In this document: positions 50,746 through 63,922 of the stretch, in pieces
Layout: each line of letters opens with the position of its first letter
Numbering within the stretch: the first letter of the stretch is position 1
Assembly: GCA_964016885.1 (NCBI GenBank)
Contig: OZ024741.1
Location: 36,332,001-36,396,000 of the forward strand
Direction: 5' to 3'
Source: Eledone cirrhosa
Taxonomy: Eukaryota
DNA length: 64,000 nt
Made by a program: the position numbers and the translations under genes
The notes under the pieces: model-generated
Databases searched by the model: none
What the model saw: only the letters and a program-made list of their open reading frames with translations
What the model was told of the DNA's origin: nothing

Positions 50746-51057
50746 TATCTATCTATCCATCTTATTGGCTCTGGAAAATTAAAAGGTAAAGTTTTCAGCA
50801 AGAATTGAGCTCATAACATAAAATAGCCATAACTACCATTGAGTACTCTAAAACCATTGTCAATCCACTGGTAACAACTACAGCTGTTACTAAAATGTGT
50901 TTGAAGCAATTAAATGGGAAAAAGACAAAAGGACAAAAAAAATGACCTCTCCCTCCTGTTGCAAATCCCTTAACAACAACAACATCAACAACAACTACAT
51001 AAGTTATAAACTTTAATGTTTTTCTTTTCCGTAGCTGTTGCATAATCCTTGTTGCCA

Positions 51058-51295
51058 GACACACACTGCACACACACACATATATATATATATACACACG
51101 CACACTCACACACATATATATACACATGCACACTCACTCACACACATATATATACACACACACTCACACAGACATACACATACACACACATACACACATG
51201 TACACAAACATACACATGATAACACACATACATATATATATACAAACACACTCACACAGACATACACATACATACACATACACACATGCACACAA

Positions 51296-51328
<33 letters not shown>

Positions 51329-51545
51329 CAAACATACACTCACACACACATACACATACACATACACACACATACATAGATGCACACAAACACACAAACA
51401 CACACCACACACACACAGAGAGAAGGGAGGAGGACACAAATACACTGACATACATACAGATTGAGAGACACACGATTTTATACACACACAGACACACACA
51501 GACACACATGCGCACACACACACACACACACACATAAATACACAG
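51058..51545. repeat. (CA/TA)n compound microsatellite
   Basis: Directly visible. Confidence 0.95.
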
Positions 51546-51774
51546 ACATAGAGACAGTAAGACAGTTCTGGAAACTACCACAGATGTACACTAATGTACA
51601 CATGTGTTATTTGTGAGTTTATAACTGAAAGAACTAAAATGCTTCCAGCTCAGTGGATAATGTTGGATTAATGGCTTTAACCCTTTACCATTTAAACTGG
51701 CCGTATCTGGCCAAAATTCTCTCACCTTTTTCTGTTCAAACTGGCCGCTCACATTGATATTTATACTGACATTG

Positions 51775-51962
51775 TGGATTGGCAGTATTGGTAGAAGGTC
51801 TGACGCCATGCTTTGCAGCATAGAGTTACGGCCCTTTATGGTCTGAGTTCAAATCCCGCTGAGGTTAACTTTGCCTTTCATCCTTACGGGGGTCGATAAA
51901 ATAAAGTACCAGTAATACACTGGGATAATTGCTGGCCTTGTGCCAAAAATAGAAACAATTAT
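51775..51962 (+). mobile_element. SINE family 1, full-length copy
   Basis: A-box TGGCAGTATTGG, B-box GAGTTCAAATCC, conserved body and AT-rich end. Confidence 0.88.
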
Positions 51963-51980
51963 AGTATTGTTCTCAAAATA

Positions 51981-52162
51981 AATAATTGTTTCTATTTTTG
52001 GCGCAAGCCCAGCAATTATCCCAGTGCATTACTGATACTTTAGTTTATCGACCCCGTAAGGATGAAAAGCAAAGTTAACCTCGGCAGGGTTTGAACTCAA
52101 ACAGTAAAGGGCCATAACTCTATGCTGCAAAGCATGGTGTCCGACCCTCTACCGATACTGCG
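51981..52162 (-). mobile_element. SINE family 1 copy, tail-to-tail with the previous copy
   Basis: Reverse-complement match to 51775-51962. Confidence 0.88.
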
Positions 52163-53206
52163 GGTTGAGTATATTGTATATTCAATATTAACAATATACC
52201 ATTAATATGATGGATAGATGGAATTGGTAGAGAATCAGACAAAAGGCCTTGTCCTGTTTGAACATGGTTTTTTAGATTCAACTTTGCTTTTCATCTTTCT
52301 AGGGTTGACAAAAATACCAGTCAAGTACTGGAGTTGATTTAATCAACTTTGTCCTTCCCCAAAATTTGTTAGCCTTGTCTCTAAATAAAAAATCTATTTT
52401 AACAATGTACCATTATAAAATATCATACCACTCAAGTACTGTGATCAATTAAGCTAACGACCCCACAACATTTGTGACCTTGCGCCTATGTAAAAAATAA
52501 CTATTGTTGTTGTTGTTGTCATTGTTGTTTTTAGAGTGTTGAACAAAATGTTTTGCAGTGTTAGTTCCAGTTCTTTAGGTTCTGAGTTCAAATTCCGGCC
52601 ACGTTAGCTTAGCCTTTTCATTCCTTACAGAGTCAATAGAATAAAGCACCAGTAATGCACTGGGGTCAATTTAATCGACTTTCCCATCTCCCCAAATTGC
52701 TGGCTTTGTGCCTATAGTAGAAATCATTATTGGTGGGGGATAGGGCAGTGGATTGGTAGTATCAGTAGAGTGTTGGAAAAAATGTTTCGTAGTATTTAGT
52801 TATCCTTGAAAAAACTTGTATCTTTTCCAGGTGTTCAATTGTCTTTCATCAGCTTAATTTTGTCTTTTGGAAAGGCAACTTAATTTTACATTACCCTCAT
52901 TCTATCTATTTGAATGGTATAAGGTAGAAACATTTTTATGGGTAAAGTTACCCTTGAAAAGGATTGTATCTTTTCCAGGTGATCAATTGTCTCTCATCAG
53001 TTTAATTTTTAATGTCTTGCACCACCACATTAGCAAGACATTCTCTAAAAGTGCAAAACATTACTTAAAATAAAACAATAAAAGTTTTTAGTTTACTGCA
53101 AATTTTCCCAACAATCTGTCCACTAGTAAAGATATTAGAAACATTTGAATTAACAAACTCATTTCCAGATATTTTCTGCTAAATTATTCAGGGTGTTAAA
53201 AGTTAA

Positions 53207-53550
53207 CCCTTTTGTGACTACATTTCTAATGAAATATATTCTATTTCAATTAATTAATGAAGAACTTTGAAGGATTTACTAAAATTATGAATTATTTCAT
53301 TGCTTTAATAGTTGTTTCTACTTTTGGCACAAGGCCAGCAATTACCCAGTACATTACTGGTACTTTATTTTATCGACCCCATAAGGATGAAAGAAAAAGT
53401 TAACCTCGACGGGCTATAATAGTAACTTAATGTAAGGTTCTTATATAAAATTATGTTAGAAGATTTTAATTTAAATTGGAAGCTTTTAAAATGGGTGGTT
53501 TTATTTCATAGAACCAGAGTCAGTTTTTGGCCGGTTTGGTAACTAAAGGG
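53207..53550. mobile_element. piggyBac-like MITE with a nested SINE1 fragment
   Basis: TTAA|CCCTTTTGTGAC ... GTAACTAAAGGG|TTAA. Confidence 0.65.
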
Positions 53551-53887
53551 TTAATGTTACTGAAACTGGAGTTAAGCATCTATCATATGGATTTTGTTGT
53601 TTGGTTGTTAGAAAATTTAACTTTTAACAGATGTGTTACAATGGTTGTGTAGTTCACTGTAGATCTACTGCTGACCACATCTTAGTCATGTGTTCAAACC
53701 TTATTATAGCCATTGGGGTTCTGTCCTAGGGTATTTAGTTCATTACTGTGTTATACACATACCTCAGTCTGTCTGGTCAGCTACAGGTGCCACATCTACT
53801 TTATTGTTGAGTAGAAAATAGAATTTAACAAAAAAAAACAATTGTCCTAATAATATAAAATATTTCATTTCTAGCAGCATAAAAAGA

Positions 53888-54072
53888 TAATTGTTTCTAC
53901 TTTTGGCACAGGCCAGCAACTATCCCAGTGTATTACTGGTACTTTATTTTATCGACCCCATAAGTATGAAAGGCAAAGTTAACCTCGGCGGGATTTGAAC
54001 TCAGACCATAAAGGGCCGTAACTCTTTGCTGCAAAGCATGGTGTCCGACCCTCTACCGATACTGCCAATCCA
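53888..54072 (-). mobile_element. SINE family 1 copy
   Basis: Full-length sequence match to the other copies. Confidence 0.87.
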
Positions 54073-54557
54073 AGGGTTATACATACTCTTGTGCATCTGC
54101 CACATTTTTACAGCTGTTTTTTGCATGGGTGAAGATAAGACCTTTTGAGCCACATTTTCCATAATCAGAATATTTTCCTTATGTCAACCCATACATTATT
54201 TTAAATATGCTATATATACTGCAGGATGTATTGTTTATATGGATATAATGCCCAAACTGGCATTTATAAATGGTGTCAAAATGATGTTTTCAGCAAGTGG
54301 TACACATCCAAATGATACATATTTCGGTGAGGACAGTGGCTACATGATTCGGCGTAGAGCCCACTCCCATGATCTTTTCAGACAGCATCTTACATAATAA
54401 GGTTACAATCAAGGAGGTAATCCAAAATTGAAGTGACAAGGGAACGGACAAACAGCGATGTTCACGAATCAAATGCCCGTTCCCATATATATATATATAT
54501 ATATAGAAAAGATGAATATAAAATGAAAGTGCTTTTTTTGAAAAGGAATTTATTAGG

Positions 54558-54675
54558 TATTAACATATGTTTCTGTAACAGACGGAATACCTATGTATCG
54601 CTGCTTGCGTAATCATATAATGTTAGCAAGTATTCGTTAGCAAATGTATAATCAGTTGTCACTTCTTCAGAGATT
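54558..54675 (-). ncRNA. hammerhead-like motif with long stem II and weak stem I
   Basis: CUGAAGA aGUGACA ... UGUUACa GAAA CAUAUG UU; palindromic stem III; located at the PLE 3' end. Confidence 0.5.
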
Positions 54676-55155
54676 TTGGATAAATTGGATAAAATCAGAA
54701 AAATTGAAGTATTTATATTAGTAATAGAGGAAGAAGAGAGGGGATAGTATATGACAGATGGTAATTTAATTTACTGCTAAACAAGTATATAAAGGGTTTC
54801 TAATGAGAATACCATGAATAAATGGTTCATTTTATCTAAATAAGAATTTTTGGGAGTGCCAATTTTAATCTCTACTTGACCAATTGGACAGTGGACAGGG
54901 CTGGTCATTTGGTGTAGTAGTATTAATTATAAAGTGTTAATTGGGGAAGGGGGAGATTTCGATTGCTGCTGAATAACATCAATGCTAGTAGCCAGCTGGT
55001 ATATGCATTAGGGAATTGAATTAAGAAATCAGAAATCTCATTTTATCTATAGCAGTTTATATTAAATGGTAAATAAAAGAAGAGTTGATAGAATTAAGAC
55101 TAATAGAGAATGTTAATATCTATTTTGACAATCAAACGGGGATAGAGACAGGTGT

Positions 55156-56812
55156 TCAATCCTGGTAGTATTTATAATATGAAAATGTAGATTTTAAGCG
55201 ATGGTTACTGTATAACGATCGCTCTATTCTGTTATTTAATAAAATGTTTTTGGATTTCATAATACAAAATAATTCGACATTACATAATTTACAAAATTCC
55301 TGTCCGTGGGAATATGGGGGGCAGCCGCTATTATATCCCATTTTAGGTGAAATTGTTGATTATTTTCACGCAGCTGCCAAGCCTTGTCTGCGAGTGTTGT
55401 TACATAACGCTGGTTTTCATGTTTTATCGAGTAACGATGTCTATAAAGGCGTGATTTGAAGGAGGTGGCTGTAGATCCCACATAGTACCACTTCTGTCTA
55501 TCCGATTCGATAGTACATTTGTATACGATGTTGCGTTCAAGACACTGATTGTTCAACGGACACATTCCTGGTTGGACACAGTTGCAATTATAATTTTGCG
55601 TTGTTGTATTGTCATGGATGGGTTGATGAGGTTGCTTAGGTATGACAGGATGTTGTTTGTTGTTTTGTGATGTTATAGCTAATGTTTTACGTGTATTGTT
55701 ATGTGTTGGAAGGCGTTTATACAACCGTTTTGCGTTCAGCTTTTTTATATGTTGTTCAATATTAGGGGCGGTTGAATATGAAAGTCGAATAGTGTTAGGG
55801 TTTAAGATTTTATTATATTTATGTGATGTTGGAAAGTGTTTTTTAACTAATCGAAAGAATTGTGAGGGTAAATTGGTTTTAATAGAGTTGTTATAGACCG
55901 GGTTGTACCAAATATACTCTTTACATCGCCTTCTGTTTGGTGGTGTGCGACTATTATTGTGTCTATTGCGGTAGTGTATGTATGGTGGTGATTCTATGCT
56001 ATTTCTACCCCTATGGGATTTATTTTGGGTGTTTTGGTGATCTTCGACTATATACTCTATATTATCTAGGTGTCCGGCTTTCCTAAGTGTATCATCATAA
56101 TATTCGGCATGTTCTTTGAAGGTTTGTTGGTTGGACGACAGGCGGGAGATTCTAAGAGAAACATTTCTAGGGATGGATTTAATTATAGAGAGTGGATGGT
56201 TAGAACTCGTATTTACATATTTAAGGTTCTCATTTAGTTTATGGAACGGTTTAATCGTATCTGTATTGAGATTGAAAGTAACATCAAGGAAATTGACCTC
56301 TTTGAGGTTATATTCAAATGTAATATTTAATCCTAGTTCCTTAAAAAGCTCTCTGATATTTTTACGCATCCTTTCTAAATTCTGGTTATTCATATGCTTA
56401 ACTAATAGGAGCGCATCATCATGGTAGATTCCACCGTGGAGATCCTTGAATTTTCCTTGTAGTCTGTGGGTGATATAAATTCCCACGAGATCTGTTACTT
56501 CCGCCGAATCATTAGAACCCATAGTGATATCAAAATTAGAAGGTCTATCTTTGCGAACCCAGTAGCTATCATCGAATTTAACTATAGTTTTCCTCGCTTC
56601 CATAATAATTTTAATTTCAGCATCCGTAAGGTCGGAATTAGCCTTAGCGAACGAAAGAGCTTCATGTAGAGTATCAGGTGAAATTGAGGAATAATATTCA
56701 TCAATATCAAACTGAATAAATTTTGATTTTTTCTTATCACTAATGTTATTAAACCATCTTATTGCTTCATGAGTGTTACCCCATAGTTTAATTTCTACTT
56801 TAACCTTCAGTA
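55156..56812 (-). pseudogene. PLE RT-GIY-YIG ORF (Hydra-clade-like), frameshifted near 55320
   Basis: FIQFDIDEYYSSIS upstream of the listed ORF, then FDITMGS, IYHDD, NFLDV, YVNTSSNHP, linker CNCVQPGMC, IVYKC..YYVGST..FKSR; the CKLC..E tail is in another frame. Confidence 0.88.
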
Positions 56813-56945
56813 GCTCTTCTCAGCATCACAGAACACCACCACCCCTACTACATCCAGGGACACCTCCTGCACCCTTCCAATCCCAGCATCTACACTCAAT
56901 CCAGGGTCATTACTCTACCCAGGATCAACTCCACCCACTAAAATC

Positions 56946-58629
56946 ATAACACACCTGCTATAACACACCTCCCTATAACACACCTGCTATAACACACCTG
57001 CTATAACACACCTGCTATAACACACCTCCCTATAACACACCAGCTATAATACACCTGCTATAACACACCTGCTATAACACACCTGCTATAACACACCTCC
57101 CTATAACACACCTGCTATAACACACCTCCCTATAACACACCAGCTATATCACACCTGCTATAACACACCTCGCTGTAACACACCTCCATATAACACACCT
57201 GCTATAACACACCTGCTATAATACACCTGCTATAACACACCTGCTATAACACACCTCCCTATAACACACCTGCTATAACACACCTCCCTATAACACACCT
57301 GCTATAACACACCTGCTATAACACACCTCCCTATAACACACCTGCTATAACATACCTCCCTATAACACACCTGCTATAAGACACCTGCTATAACACGCCT
57401 GCTATAACACACCTGCTATAACACACCTCCCTATAACACACCTGCTATAACACACCTCCCTATAACACAACTGCTATAACACACCAGCTATAACACACCT
57501 GCTATAACACACCTCCCTATAACACACCTCCCTATAACAGACCTGCTATAACACACCTGCTATAACACACCTGCTATAACACACCTGCTATAACACACCT
57601 CCCTATAACACACCTCCCTATAACAGACCTGCTATAACACACCAGCTATAACACACCTGCTATAACACACCTCCCTATAACATACCTCCCTATAACAGAC
57701 CTGCTATAACACACCTGCTATAACACACCTGCTATAACATACCTGCTATAACACACCTCCATATAACACACCTGCTATAACACACCTCCCTATAACACAC
57801 CTGCTATAACAGACCTGCTATAACACACCTCCCTATAACACACCTCCCTATAACACACCAGCTATAACACACCTGCTATAACACACCTGCTATAACACAC
57901 CTGCTATACTACACCTGCTATAACACACCTGCTATAACACACCTCCCTATAACACACCAGCTATATCACACCTGCTATAACACACCTCGCTGTAACACAC
58001 CTCGCTGTAACACACCTCCATATAACACACCTGCTATAACACACCTGCTATAACACACCTGCTATAACACACCTGCTATAACACACCTGCTATAACACAC
58101 CTCCCTATAACACACCTCCCTATAACACACCAGCTATAACACACCTGCTATAACACACCTGCTATAATACACCTGCTATAACAGACCTGCTATAACACAC
58201 CTGCTATAACACACCTGCTATAACACACCTGCTATAACACACCTTCTATAACACACCTGCTATAACACACCTGCTATAACACACCTGCTATAACACACCT
58301 GCTAAAATATACCTGCTATAACACACCTGCTATAACACACCTGCTATAACACACCTTCTATAACACACCTGCTATAACACACCTGCTATAACACACCTTC
58401 TATAACACACCTGCTATAACACACCTGCTATAACACACCTGCTATAACACACCTTCTATAACACACCTGCTATAACACACCTGCTATAACACACCTGCTA
58501 TAACACACCTGCTAAAATATACCTGCTATAACACACCTGCTATAACACACCTGCTATAACACACCTTCTATAACACACCTGCTATAACACACCTGCTATA
58601 ACACACCTGCTATAATACACCTGCTATAA
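56946..58629. repeat. 14-bp minisatellite ATAACACACCTGCT, about 120 copies
   Basis: Directly visible; CCTGCT/CCTCCC/CCTTCT variants. Confidence 0.97.
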
Positions 58630-59065
58630 GGCAACTGCTTCAGCCCCTCACCCCTCCTAAATCACACCTCATCACCAATACTTGCCATACACTTATGAGA
58701 TACCTATCACCCTTCTCTCCCACTACTTCTTGATCCCATAGAGTAGGTAGGGCTCTTCAGTTGAGCCCTAGATGGTGGTTGGCAACAGAAAGAGCATCCC
58801 ACTGTAGAAACTATAGCAAAAAGGGTCGAGGGGACTGCCCAAGTGTGTCAAGAGCACAACAACCTCTTTAGTGTCAGTGGTCTACATGATAAATACACCC
58901 AGTACACACTGTAAAGTGGTTGGTGATAAGAAGATGCAAGAGTGCAGGAATATAAGTGTGATACAGGCTTCCAGCCCGTCTGTGAAGTCAGTGGTTCCAC
59001 GTGAGTGCTGACGGCCCAACCCTTGCTTAAATGATGATGATGAGGATCATATATATACATATATA

Positions 59066-59526
59066 TGAGGATGGAAGCCTTGGAGCGAGGAGACCTAAGA
59101 CATGGGATGAGATGATAAAAGCTGATTTTGCCCAATTGCACTTCTCAAAGGCGATAACATAGGACTGAGCCCTCTGGTGTTATGCAGTAATACAGAAGAT
59201 CCAACTCCCCATGAGTACAAGCCGAAGCTGAAACATATAGACAGTATGCCCCGCCTCCCATTGTAAAGTGGTCGTGTAGGGGCACAACCTAACCCTAACC
59301 CAACCCACACTGTAAAGTGGTCGTTTAGGCGCCACGATAAAAAGCAGCCAGTACTCAGTGTAAATGAGGTTGGTGCTAGGAAGGACATCCAGCTGTAGAA
59401 ATCAAGCCCAAATCAGTTATGTATGAGCAAGACATGGTCACCTGACCTGGCATTGCTCTCAATAGGACAACTCGTCTAACCCATGCTGGTGTGGAAGAAT
59501 GGACGTAAAACAATGATGGTGATGAT
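59066..59526 (+). mobile_element. RTE-A-like 3' end fragment
   Basis: Reads GRPKTWDEMIKAD, then the 3' UTR and GAT tail. Confidence 0.8.
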
Positions 59527-59590
59527 ATATGAAAGTCTAGGAAACACAAAATGAACAAACAAGAGGATACAATAACATGAAGTGTGTTAG

Positions 59591-59714
<124 letters not shown>

Positions 59715-59777
59715 AGATGAAATCGAAAATGCAACTGGAGTCTTATTTTTTTTTTAAATATATATATTTATTTGGTT

Positions 59778-59815
59778 CCTTTACCGGTTTCGCAGTTCTT
59801 CTGCTTTTCAAAAAG
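59778..59815 (-). ncRNA. minimal hammerhead, U3-A8 core variant
   Basis: cuuu UUGAAAA GCAG aagaa CUGC GAAA CCGG UA aagg. Confidence 0.65.
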
Positions 59816-59881
59816 TGAGTTGAGATGGAGGGTCTGTGGTTTTTCTCACAGAAAAACCACAGACCCTCCATCTAAACTCTA

Positions 59882-59917
59882 CTTTTGAAAAGCAGAAGAA
59901 CTGCGAAACCGGTAAAG
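59882..59917 (+). ncRNA. minimal hammerhead, U3-A8 core variant
   Basis: cuu UUGAAAA GCAG aagaa CUGC GAAA CCGG UA aag. Confidence 0.65.
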
Positions 59918-60084
59918 GAACCAAATAAATATATATATTTTTTAAAAAAATAAGACTCCAGTTGCATTTTCGATTTCATCTCTTTTTCTTTATACTTTCA
60001 CTCGTGTAGGACACCTCGGTTATTTTTCATTTTGTAAAAAAAACCTCACTTTCTAATATATATATATATATATATAATTTATTT

Positions 60085-60860
60085 CAGCAGAGTATACTGG
60101 AACGATGCCATCCAGTGCAGCCTAGTCTGTGACAGGCTCATGCGCCAGCTTGACCAGCACTGCCTTGCCTCTTTTCGCGCAGCCATCAGACCCTACAGTG
60201 GTGCCTGGCTCCATGCCTTACCCTCCTTCTAGACTAGCATGCAGCTGGACATCAATAGCCAGCACATCGGCGTTTCCCTGAGGCTAGGCCTCCGGATCTG
60301 CGAGCCACACAAATGTCGCTGTGGATCCACCATGGCCCCTTTTGGCCTCCACCCGCTTTCCTGTCGCTACAGTGCCGGCTGCCTTCTACTCCATGCTGCC
60401 CTCAATGAGGTCATAAAGCATGGGTCGAATGCTGCAGGCTTTTCCTCCCAGTTCGAGCTGGGGCTGGACCGAGGGGACGGCAAAAGGCCAGATGGCATGA
60501 CCATCTTCCCGTTCTGTGGTGGCAAACCCCCTCATCTGCCACTTGCACCGACACTTTCTCCAGCCACTATCTAGTGCAGTCTGCGACTAACCCAGGTTCT
60601 GCTGCACTTCGGGCTGAGGAGGGAAAACTCTCCAAGTACCAGTCACTCTCCAACAGGTTTGTGGTCGTGCCCTTGGCAGTGGAGGCTTCTGGTGTCCTTG
60701 GCCCTAGGGCTACCTCCCTACTCACCACCATAGGTGCTGTGCTGACCAGCAGCAGGTTTGAGCCTCACAAGATGGAATGACTCTGCCAGCGCATCTCCCT
60801 TACCATCCTCCGGGGGAAACACCTTCTCCATTCTGTCTGCCGGGGCTGTAGGGTGACCAG
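60085..60860 (+). mobile_element. CRE-like non-LTR retrotransposon 3' fragment (CCHC plus restriction-like endonuclease)
   Basis: LRLGL..CRCG..HPLSC..HAALN..DGKRPDGMT..P, then AEEGKLSKY..FVVVPLAVEASG; frameshifted. Confidence 0.75.
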
Positions 60861-61283
60861 CATGTGGGACCCCATTTGCTCACTATACAGAGAGATGGGG
60901 AGAGTGAGAGAGATGAGGAAGGTGAGAGAGATGGGGAGGGTGAGAGAGATGGGGAGGAGGAGGAGAGAGATGGAGGCGATGACAGTGGGAGTGCAGTTCT
61001 TCCGTGTTCGGATACATTGCACCTGCCATGTGAACCATGTGATATTTTATTTTACTAGACACACAACCTGGTCCAGGAATTGAACCCACCTAAGTCTAGC
61101 ACTCTAACCACTAGGCCATGCAACTTCACAGCTGTACTCTCAGACTACGCCAAGGAAATCGGGATAAGCACTGGCCTAATGAGCCTCCAAATCTGAGACA
61201 AACTTTAGACTTTAGACGTTATATATATATGTTATATATATATCCAAATATATACATATATATGTGGTGGGGGGGGTGCGTGT

Positions 61284-61315
<32 letters not shown>

Positions 61316-61323
61316 TATGTATA

Positions 61324-61850
61324 TGTAGCGAGATCTGTCCACGCCCTGAACCTTGGGTGACACCTAAAGGTCAAATTCTAGGTTTCTAGGTCACCACCCT
61401 TTTGGTGTGAACAGGTTGATGCGTTGGCTATCCACTCAAGGTGGGAGACAGGAAGCGACAGGTATATAAAGCCTGTATCATCCCACGTTTACACAGAGAG
61501 ATCGGAGCATTATGCTAGCAACAAACTATGTAAAGATTCCCCGCTACCTTCAGACCCTTGAGGTCTATAGAAATACAGAGTGAATAGACTCAGGATGAGA
61601 ACTACTACGACTGACTGCAACAAACTTTAACCACCAACACATTTTATCTGGTTGTTCGCAGTTTTGGTTGTTCGCAGTTTTCACATCAACAACAAAATAA
61701 CATTTTCAACTCTCGGTAACTGTTTTATTGTACTTTTTGATTGAAGTGAAGTAAACCATTATATATAAACTAAAATCATTTATTATTGTTATTTCAACTA
61801 ATAATCATGTTAATCCATGTGACGCATTCTTAATTATACCCTTCGTTAAA
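61324..61850 (+). mobile_element. probable solo LTR
   Basis: Starts TGTAGCGA and ends TCGTTAAA (imperfect terminal inversion); TATATAAAG at ~61463; TATA on both flanks within (TA)n. Confidence 0.45.
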
Positions 61851-61859
61851 TATATATAT

Positions 61860-62920
61860 ATCATCATCATCATCATCATCATCGTTTAACGTCCATCTTC
61901 CACGCTTGCATGGGTTTGGACGGGAATTTTCCCACTTGAAGCAAGATTTGTTGTCTTGCTCGTATAGGACTGTCTGGCGGGTTTTCTACGGCTGGATGCC
62001 CTTCCTAACACCAACCACATTTACAGTGTGGACTGGGAGGTTTTTACCGTGTTACCTACATAGCCACATTACAGCATGGACTGTGTGTTTTTTGTCATGA
62101 CACCTACACGACCTCATTTATTTCGGACTGGATGTTGTGGTACCAACATAACTTTACATCGAAAGGGGTGGTGCAGATGGGGTGGAGATAGTGGGACGGG
62201 GGGGGGGGTATTTTTGTTAAGACGTGCCTACGGACTGTAGGTTTCGCTTTGTACTTAGGCAAGGCGGGTCTTCTGTATTACTGTGTAGCACCAAAGATCT
62301 CAGTCCAGTGACATTGTCTTGGAGAGGTGTAAGTGTGTGAGGTCGGAATTTATCAAGTCGCCCCAGGTTTTTCTGGGTCTGCCTACTCCTTGGCTACCAT
62401 CTATTTTTATCGCCCTGCACTTTTTTATACAGCTGTTGTCTTTCATGCGCATCACGTGACCGTACCAACGTAGTCTTCTCTCGAGTAAACAACATCTAAT
62501 TCCTCTTATTCCTAATTTCTCCCTTAGTTCATTTATGCTTTGCCGTTCACGTATATTACTATTACACATCCGACGGAGCATGCAAGCTTCGTTCCTCTCC
62601 AGTCTGCGTATATCCTCTGCACACAATGCCCAAGTCTCACTGCCATGTAACATTGTTGTTCGTATGCAGGCATCATACAGTCTGCCTTTCATTTTTAGAG
62701 AGAAACCTTTAGCCGCCAATAGTGGTATAAGCTCTCTGAACTATTTCCATCCCATTCTGACTCTGGCTATTGTACTTTCAGAGCACCCTCCACCACTGCT
62801 GATTTTGTCACCCAGGTAACGGAAGGTGTCCACTATTTGTATAGAACCATCTGTGCAATGGAATGAGCTAGTATTCTGTGTGCACTTGCTGCTACTTATT
62901 GCACCTGAGCACCGGCCACA
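61860..62920 (-). mobile_element. RTE-B 3' fragment
   Basis: ORFs 62300-62719 and 62741-62977 match the end of 33984-35648; 3' UTR and tail present. Confidence 0.92.
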
Positions 62921-63091
62921 TATATATATATTGTTATACTTTGGGAGGGTCATGTTGCCAATAAGAAACACACGCAACAGTTGCTTTCACTCCAATGTAT
63001 TATAAATTAAATTTATAAATTTAAGAATTTAGGAATTTATAAATTTCCAGTTGGTTGGTTGGTTCTACAACCGGATGGTTGTTCATATATT

Positions 63092-63134
63092 GTCAAAGTT
63101 CTTTCGTCACACATTCTGTGACCTCTTCAGTGAC
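63092..63134 (-). ncRNA. minimal type I hammerhead ribozyme
   Basis: guca CUGAAGA g GUCACA gaaug UGUGAC GAAA GaaC UU ugac. Confidence 0.78.
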
Positions 63135-63195
63135 TGGGGATTCTTCTCTTTGTTTTGTGCCTCTCCTTTGTTCTGTCCTATATATATATATATAT

Positions 63196-63890
63196 CATCA
63201 TCATCATCATCATCACCGTTTTACGTCCGTTCTTCCACGCTAGCATGGGTTAGACGGGTTGTCCTGTTGTGGGCAGTGTCTGGTCGGCTGACCATGCCTT
63301 GCTCATACAGGAACTGATCTGGCTTGATTTCTACAGCTGGATGCCCTTCCTAACACCAACCTCATTTACAGTGAGTGCTGGGTGCTTTTTCGTGGCGCCT
63401 ACACGTCCACTTTACAGTGTGGGCTGGGTGCTTTTTTGCCGTGGCGCCTCCACGACCACCTTGCGGTGGGGGGGGGGGGGGGGGCATATTGTTTATATGC
63501 TTCAGCATGTACCCATGGGAGGTCGGGTACCCTGTATTACTGCGTGACGCCAGAAGTCACGGTCGTGTGTCATTGACTTTGAGAGGTGTAGTTGGGTAAG
63601 GTCGGCTTTTATCACCTCATCCCAAGTCATCTTGGGTCTCCCCACTCCGCGGTTTCCATCAACTTCTAGTGCTCTGCACCTTTTTATGCAGCTGTCATCC
63701 TTCATACGCATCACATGTCCATACCAGCGTAACCGCCTCTCCTGCACGCAGCATTTGATTCCTCTTATGCTCAGTCTCTCTCTCAATTCATTTATGCTTT
63801 GTCGTTCACGTATATTACTGTTACACATCCATCGGAGCATGCAGGCTTCGTTTCTCTCTAATCTACGTAAGTCGTTTCTCTCTAATCTAC

Positions 63891-63892
<2 letters not shown>
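63196..63892 (-). mobile_element. RTE-A 3' fragment
   Basis: Near-identical to 4289-4960. Confidence 0.93.

Positions 63893-63920
<28 letters not shown>

Positions 63921-63922
<2 letters not shown>

Larger units (their letters stand above)
54505..56812 (-). mobile_element. Penelope-like retroelement, 5'-truncated
   Basis: RT plus C-terminal GIY-YIG coding region, then a 3' region with a hammerhead-like motif; ends at (TA)n. Confidence 0.9.

Noticed and set aside
56946-58629. CRISPR-like appearance of the 14-bp array (also the 24-bp array at 47.7-49.1 kb)
   Set aside because: Units are contiguous with no unique spacers, there are no cas genes, and the context is eukaryotic.
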